From the NCBI GenBank assembly GCA_034678725.1, contig JAXDBM010000049.1, forward strand, positions 10,878-74,877: 64,000 nt of DNA. Reading direction: 5' to 3'. Positions 59,818 through 64,000 of this stretch are shown here, piece after piece. Position 1 is the stretch's first letter; each line of letters opens with the position of its first letter. The translations under genes were made by a program, and so were the position numbers. The notes beneath the pieces are model-generated. The model saw nothing but the letters and a program-made list of their open reading frames with translations. It made no database searches and was not told the DNA's origin. The DNA is from Syntrophales bacterium. Its GTDB lineage: Bacteria > Desulfobacterota > Syntrophia > Syntrophales > Fen-1087.

Positions 59818-61094
59818 AAAAGCGAGTCGTGATTACGGGCATGGGGGTGACCGCGCCGAATGCCCACGGGCTGGAGGCCTTTGAGTCGGCCCTGCGCGAG
59901 GGCCGGTCGGGGATCCGCTTCATCCCGGAGCTGAAGGAGTTGAATTTCGCCTGCCAGGTGGGCGGCATCCCGCAGGATTTCGAAAGGATCCGCAAGCAGT
60001 ATTTCGATCATGAAAAGCTGCTGTCGATCAACGACAACATCGGCTATGCCTCCGTCTCGGCCATCGACGCCTGGCGGGATGCCGGCTTCGACATCCCGGA
60101 TCCCGAAGACGACCGGGTCGACTGGGACACGGGGATCGTGATCGGATCCGGAATCGGCGGCATGGATACGATCGCCCGTTCCGTCGTGCCGATGGTGAAC
60201 GACGGCAAGGTCCGCAGGCTGGGAAGCCGGATCGTCGAGCAGGTCATGAACAGCGGCACCAGCGCCCGGATCGCCGGGCTGCTGGCACTGGGGAACCAGG
60301 TGACTTCCAATTCGTCGGCCTGCAGCACCGGCAACGAGGCCATCATCGAGGCCATGCTGAAGATCCGGACGGGCCGGGCCAGGCGGATGCTGGCTGGAGG
60401 CTCGGAAGGGGCCTCGCCCTACATCTGGTCCGGGTTCGACGCGATGCGCGTCATCTGCCGGAAGTTCAACGAAGCGCCGGAGCAGGCCTCCCGGCCCATG
60501 AGCGCCACCGCGGGCGGCTTCGTTCCCGGCGCCGGCGGGGCGGTGCTGGTCCTGGAAGATCTGGAGACGGCCAGACGGCGCGGCGCGCGCATCTACGCCG
60601 AGGTCCTCGGCGGCGCCCTGAACTGCGGCGGCCAGCGCCGGGGCGGGTCCATGACGGCGCCCAACCCGGACGGCGTCAGCCGCTGCATCCGCGGGGCCAT
60701 CGCGGACGCGAATGTTTCGCCCCGCGACATCGACGCCATCAACGGCCACCTGACGGCCACCTATGCTGACCCCATGGAAGTCCGGAACTGGTCCGCGACG
60801 CTCGGCCTTCCGCCGGAGGATTTTCCCCTGATCAACGCGACGAAATCACTGATCGGACACTGCCTCGGCGCCGCCGGGGCCATCGAAAGCGTCGCCGCCG
60901 TCCTGCAGATCCACAGGGGGTTCGTCCATCCCTCGGCAAACTGCGAGGATGTCCACCCCGAACTGGAGCGCTTCGCCGACAAAATCCCCCGAAAGGCCGT
61001 GGACGTGCCCGGCCTCAAGATCGTCGCCAAGGCCGGATTCGGATTCGGCGACGTCAACAGTTGCCTGATCTTCCGAAAATGGGAAGAGAATTGA
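59814..61094 (+). CDS. 3-oxoacyl-ACP synthase I/II (FabB/FabF-like elongating KS)
   Basis: Cys-His-His triad contexts SNSSACSTGNEAI, INGHLTAT and KSLIGHCLGAAGAIE. ATGA overlap with the upstream gene. Confidence 0.9.
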   Translation: MKKRVVITGMGVTAPNAHGLEAFESALREGRSGIRFIPELKELNFACQVGGIPQDFERIRKQYFDHEKLLSINDNIGYASVSAIDAWRDAGFDIPDPEDDRVDWDTGIVIGSGIGGMDTIARSVVPMVNDGKVRRLGSRIVEQVMNSGTSARIAGLLALGNQVTSNSSACSTGNEAIIEAMLKIRTGRARRMLAGGSEGASPYIWSGFDAMRVICRKFNEAPEQASRPMSATAGGFVPGAGGAVLVLEDLETARRRGARIYAEVLGGALNCGGQRRGGSMTAPNPDGVSRCIRGAIADANVSPRDIDAINGHLTATYADPMEVRNWSATLGLPPEDFPLINATKSLIGHCLGAAGAIESVAAVLQIHRGFVHPSANCEDVHPELERFADKIPRKAVDVPGLKIVAKAGFGFGDVNSCLIFRKWEEN

Positions 61095-61124
61095 AAGCGC
61101 AAACAAAATCAAAGGAGTTTTCAT

Positions 61125-61370
61125 ATGGATGAGAAACAGATTTTTGCGGAGATGATCGGCATTCTGAGGGTGTACACGAAGGACGCGACCCTCCTGGACA
61201 AAGCCACGCCGGCCACCCACATCCTGGACGATCTCAAGGTCAATTCCGCCCGCCTGGTGGATGTGATCATCAAGTGCGAGGACGTCTTCGGGATCACGAT
61301 CGAGGACGACGAGGCCGACAAGATCCGCACCATCGGCGATGCCGTTGAACTGGTCAAGAAGAAGCAATGA
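61125..61370 (+). CDS. Acyl carrier protein (dedicated)
   Basis: 81 aa, acidic helical bundle, with a putative phosphopantetheine serine in LDDLKVNSARLVD. Confidence 0.85.
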   Translation: MDEKQIFAEMIGILRVYTKDATLLDKATPATHILDDLKVNSARLVDVIIKCEDVFGITIEDDEADKIRTIGDAVELVKKKQ

Positions 61371-62188
61371 CTTTTCCCGCGGCTTTTCAGATCCGTCTGC
61401 AGTCCTTCCTGGGGCTCGCGGTCGCCTGGATCCTGGCGCCGGCCTATTTCCTCCTGATCCGCATCGCGGGCTGGCGCGTCAGGGACCTCGCCGGAACCCG
61501 AAAACGATGGGCGGAACTCCGGAAGGGCCATCAGGGGCCCTGGCTGGTCTGCGGCAATCATCTGACCATGGTCGATTCCATGATCATGACCTACTCCATG
61601 ACGTCCCTGGGAGGGCACCTCACGGCTTACCGGAGTCTGCCCTGGAACCTGCCGGAGCGGACCAACTTCAATCGAAACAAGCTGTTGGCCGCCCTGTGCT
61701 ATCTGGCGAAGTGCATTCCGGTGAGACGGGGCGGCGCCCGGGAGGAAATGCGCGGCGCCCTCGCGAAATGCGATCATCTGCTGCGCCGGCGGCAGAACCT
61801 CATGGTCTTTCCCGAGGGGGGCCGATCCCGGACCGGCCGGGTCAACCGGGAGGATTTCTCTTACGGCGTCGGGCGCTTTCTTCAGGACCACCCGGACTGC
61901 CGCGTGGCGTGCGTCTATCTGCGGGGCGACGGGCAGGATGTCTACGGGACGCTGCCCCGGCGGGGCGAATCGTTTTCGGTGATGCTCGAGGAGTTCCGGC
62001 CCTGCCGGAACGGGCTGCGGGGGTTGCGGGAACAGCGGGACCTTGCGGGTCAGATCGTTCGGCATCTGGCCGGAATGGAGGAAAGGCACTTTGATCTGCA
62101 TCGGCAACGATATTGTGGACTTGAACCATCCGGGAAACCGGGGAAAAAGCCGGGACCGGCGCTTCGTTTCCCGTGTCTTCACCCCTGA
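61367..62188 (+). CDS. PlsC/LPLAT-family acyltransferase (lysophospholipid acyltransferase-like)
   Basis: The HX4D motif (GNHLTMVDS) and FPEGGRSRTG. ATGA overlap with the ACP gene. Confidence 0.8.
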   Translation: MTFPAAFQIRLQSFLGLAVAWILAPAYFLLIRIAGWRVRDLAGTRKRWAELRKGHQGPWLVCGNHLTMVDSMIMTYSMTSLGGHLTAYRSLPWNLPERTNFNRNKLLAALCYLAKCIPVRRGGAREEMRGALAKCDHLLRRRQNLMVFPEGGRSRTGRVNREDFSYGVGRFLQDHPDCRVACVYLRGDGQDVYGTLPRRGESFSVMLEEFRPCRNGLRGLREQRDLAGQIVRHLAGMEERHFDLHRQRYCGLEPSGKPGKKPGPALRFPCLHP

Positions 62189-62837
62189 GGAGCGGGAACG
62201 GATCGACGGCGCCGACGCGCCTGATGCGGTGCTCTGGATGCTGTGGGCCGCAAAAGAGGCCGCCTTCAAGGCGGCCGTCAAGCGAAGACAGGGGATCCCT
62301 TTCATCCCCCGAATGTATTCGGTCGCTCTTGAAGATCGTTCATATTCCGGTGATTGCGGGCAGGGCAATCCGCATGGCATCTCGATGGCGTCCGGCATCG
62401 AGGAAGAGCGGTCCGCTGCACACTGCGGCGTCGTCATGACGCCCGCGGGCCCCGTCGAGCTTTCCTGTTTCCGCTCCGCCGGCCATGTCCACTGTGTCGC
62501 GGTCGTGAACGGCGCATACCGCACGGCCCAGCCCGATTCCGGTGTTCGCGCCTTCGTCAGAAAACTGACCGGCCCCGCCGATCCCTCCATTGCGCTTCGC
62601 CTGGAGACCATTCACTATCTGGCTTCCGCCTTGAGGATTTCCCCCTATTTCATTCGAATCCGCCGCGAGAAGATGGGTGCCGAATCCGGCCCCCCCAGGA
62701 TTTTCATGGAAGGGCGGCCCGCGGACATCGACATCAGCCTGAGCCACGACGGCCGGTACATCGCCTTTGCCGTTCACCTGCCGGGCGCAGGGTATGCGTC
62801 CGAACGCCGCCAGGCGGTCCCTGCCTGCGCTTTCTGA
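62091..62837 (+). CDS. 4'-phosphopantetheinyl transferase superfamily protein
   Basis: ICIGNDIVDL, WAAKEAAFKA and ISLSHDGRYIAFAV motifs. There is no ATG. TTG 62091 lies 9 nt after GGAGG (TTG 62043 is an alternative). The gene overlaps the acyltransferase gene by ~98 nt. Confidence 0.7.
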   Translation: MICIGNDIVDLNHPGNRGKSRDRRFVSRVFTPEERERIDGADAPDAVLWMLWAAKEAAFKAAVKRRQGIPFIPRMYSVALEDRSYSGDCGQGNPHGISMASGIEEERSAAHCGVVMTPAGPVELSCFRSAGHVHCVAVVNGAYRTAQPDSGVRAFVRKLTGPADPSIALRLETIHYLASALRISPYFIRIRREKMGAESGPPRIFMEGRPADIDISLSHDGRYIAFAVHLPGAGYASERRQAVPACAF

Positions 62838-63099
62838 ACCGGGCCGCACCGGTATCCGGGGAAGGGGCGGGCAGCCGTTCCGAAGTCTGCCGGACAAGAG
62901 CCTGTTTTCCCTGTTATTCCAGTGATTTTACCGATTTTTTCAGTCGCAAGAAATCTGGCAAGAAATCTAACCTTGACAGGGCTGTGAAATCATGATAACC
63001 GCTCGCACGGTTTGCGGTCCCCCCTGTGCATGGGCCGTGCGTAAGGCGCGTCATCCATGTTCTTTAAATTTCGAATCGAATCCGTACAGGAGTGAAAAG

Positions 63100-64000
63100 G
63101 TGTTGAAAGATAACGAGAAAGTCGGCGCGGTAATGGTCGTCGGGTCGGGCATCGCCGGTATTCAGGCGTCCCTGGACCTCGCAAATTCCGGTATGAAAGT
63201 GTACCTCGTGGAGAACGGGATCAGCATCGGCGGCGTCATGGCCCAGCTCGACAAGACCTTTCCCACCAATGACTGCTCGGCCTGCATCCTCTCCCCGAAG
63301 CTTGTGGAAGTGGGGCGTCATCCCAACGTGGAGATCATGACCCGCCGCACGGTGGAGTCCGTGGAGGGCGAGCCGGGCAGATTCAAGGTCAAGCTGACCC
63401 GGGCCCCCCGGTTTGTCGATCTGGACAAGTGCACGGGCTGCGGCGACTGCGCCAATGCCTGCCCCGTGTCCGTCAAGTCGGATTTCAACGAAAACCTGAA
63501 CGAGCGCAAGGCCACCTACCGCCATTTCCCCCAGGCCATACCCAGCGGTTACGCCATCGACAAACTCGGGACCTCCCCCTGCAAGGCGGCCTGTCCCACC
63601 CATATCAGCGTCCAGGGCTATGTGGCCCTCATCTCCGCGGGCAAGTACAAGGAAGCCCTCAAGCTCATCAAACAGGAGAACCCCTTCCCGTCCGTCTGCG
63701 GCCGGGTCTGCAACCATCCCTGCGAGGAGGCCTGCATGCGGGGCAAGGTCGAAGCGCCCATCGACATCATGCACCTCAAGCGCTTCGTGGCCGATCTGGA
63801 CCTGAACGCCGAGACCCGCTACATCCCGGAAGTCAAGGAGAAAAAAGATAAAAAGGTTGCCGTTGTCGGCGCCGGTCCGTCCGGCCTGACGGCCGCCTAC
63901 TATCTGGCCGCGAACGGATATGGCGTGGATGTCTTTGAAGCCCTGCCCGTGGCCGGCGGCTGGATGGCGGTGGGGATCCCCGAATACCGCCTCCCCAAGG
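63100..64000 (+). CDS. HdrA-like FAD/Fe-S oxidoreductase with an inserted GltD-like NAD(P)H module; the 3' end lies outside the window
   Basis: Not in the ORF track because no stop falls inside the window. GTG 63100 lies 7 nt after AGGAG. VMVVGSGIAGIQASLDLANSG, DKTFPTNDCSACILSPKL (HdrA signature), CTGCGDCANACP, then NPFPSVCGRVCNHPCEEAC and VAVVGAGPSGLTAAYYL (GltD-like). Confidence 0.8.
   Translation, partial: MLKDNEKVGAVMVVGSGIAGIQASLDLANSGMKVYLVENGISIGGVMAQLDKTFPTNDCSACILSPKLVEVGRHPNVEIMTRRTVESVEGEPGRFKVKLTRAPRFVDLDKCTGCGDCANACPVSVKSDFNENLNERKATYRHFPQAIPSGYAIDKLGTSPCKAACPTHISVQGYVALISAGKYKEALKLIKQENPFPSVCGRVCNHPCEEACMRGKVEAPIDIMHLKRFVADLDLNAETRYIPEVKEKKDKKVAVVGAGPSGLTAAYYLAANGYGVDVFEALPVAGGWMAVGIPEYRLPK

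Noticed and set aside
54812-62837. Calling the FAS-like cluster an aryl-polyene (APE), flexirubin/dialkylresorcinol or PUFA-synthase cluster.
   Set aside because: Hallmark genes are missing. There is no aryl-acid adenylating enzyme or ammonia-lyase; no thioesterase; no LolA-like/MMPL export genes; no second ACP or KS-CLF pair; no DarA; and no multidomain Pfa proteins. The resemblance is limited to KS/KR/DH/LPLAT logic.
63064-63774. A 236-aa minus-strand ORF at the right end of the window.
   Set aside because: It is antisense to an open plus-strand frame with strong HdrA/GltD motifs that runs off the window. The composition is typical of a shadow ORF.
1-64000. CRISPR arrays, tRNA/rRNA genes, retron/DGR-type reverse transcriptases, prophage or integrase genes, and known defence-system ATPases/nucleases.
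   Set aside because: Reading both strands, I saw no regularly spaced repeats, cloverleaf-like segments, RT motifs (YxDD) or phage genes. The window is almost fully occupied by the metabolic, envelope and transport genes listed. This is a by-eye negative and should be confirmed with tRNAscan, Infernal, CRISPR finders and defence-system HMMs.

Overview
This is a 64-kb, visibly GC-rich, gene-dense chromosomal window. All family calls come from reading motifs by eye; no search, HMM or GC computation was run. About 60 genes can be supported. Gene content suggests a Gram-negative strict anaerobe, possibly Desulfobacterota/Syntrophia-like. That placement is inference only, based on 2-oxoacid:ferredoxin oxidoreductase, an HdrA-like protein, a selenocysteine-containing SelD, an Mla system and beta-barrel OMPs. 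Order along the window: cation transporters (NhaD-like, Kup); an ArsA/Get3-like four-gene operon; cstA; an XRE-cupin regulator with a four-gene OFOR operon; a P-type ATPase; a GH15-otsA-otsB trehalose operon; an AT-richer islet (MarR, USP remnant, CPA antiporter, ClC); aminotransferase and cysteine-desulfurase/DUF3343 genes; panE, Fe-ADH and thrC; an mlaE-F-D-C-A-OMP operon; selD; a DHH phosphoesterase; an intact IS; MBL-rhodanese plus split YeeE/YedE; a ddl-OMP-ddl-alr cluster; a RelE-type TA pair; a 10-gene FAS-like cluster; and a partial HdrA-like gene. I saw no rRNA, tRNA or CRISPR array. The best candidate for an undescribed system is the self-contained type II FAS-like lipid cluster at 54.8-62.8 kb. 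It holds FabD, an ACAD-family flavoenzyme, FabH, FabA, FabG, a FabZ-like protein, a KAS, an ACP, a PlsC-type acyltransferase and a PPTase, but no enoyl reductase. Other notable items: MlaF fused to a degenerate GGDEF domain with no MlaB; alanine racemase with a ~276-aa unknown C-terminal domain next to two Ddl paralogs, one carrying the Tyr-to-Phe depsipeptide-ligase signature; an OFOR delta subunit split by a GltD-like NAD(P)H/FAD module; selD recoded with in-frame UGA plus a SECIS-like hairpin, which the ORF track missed; and a promoter/operator/terminator leader ahead of two tiny membrane-peptide ORFs. Many long ORFs in the supplied track are antisense or out-of-frame shadow ORFs typical of GC-rich DNA, and I rejected them.
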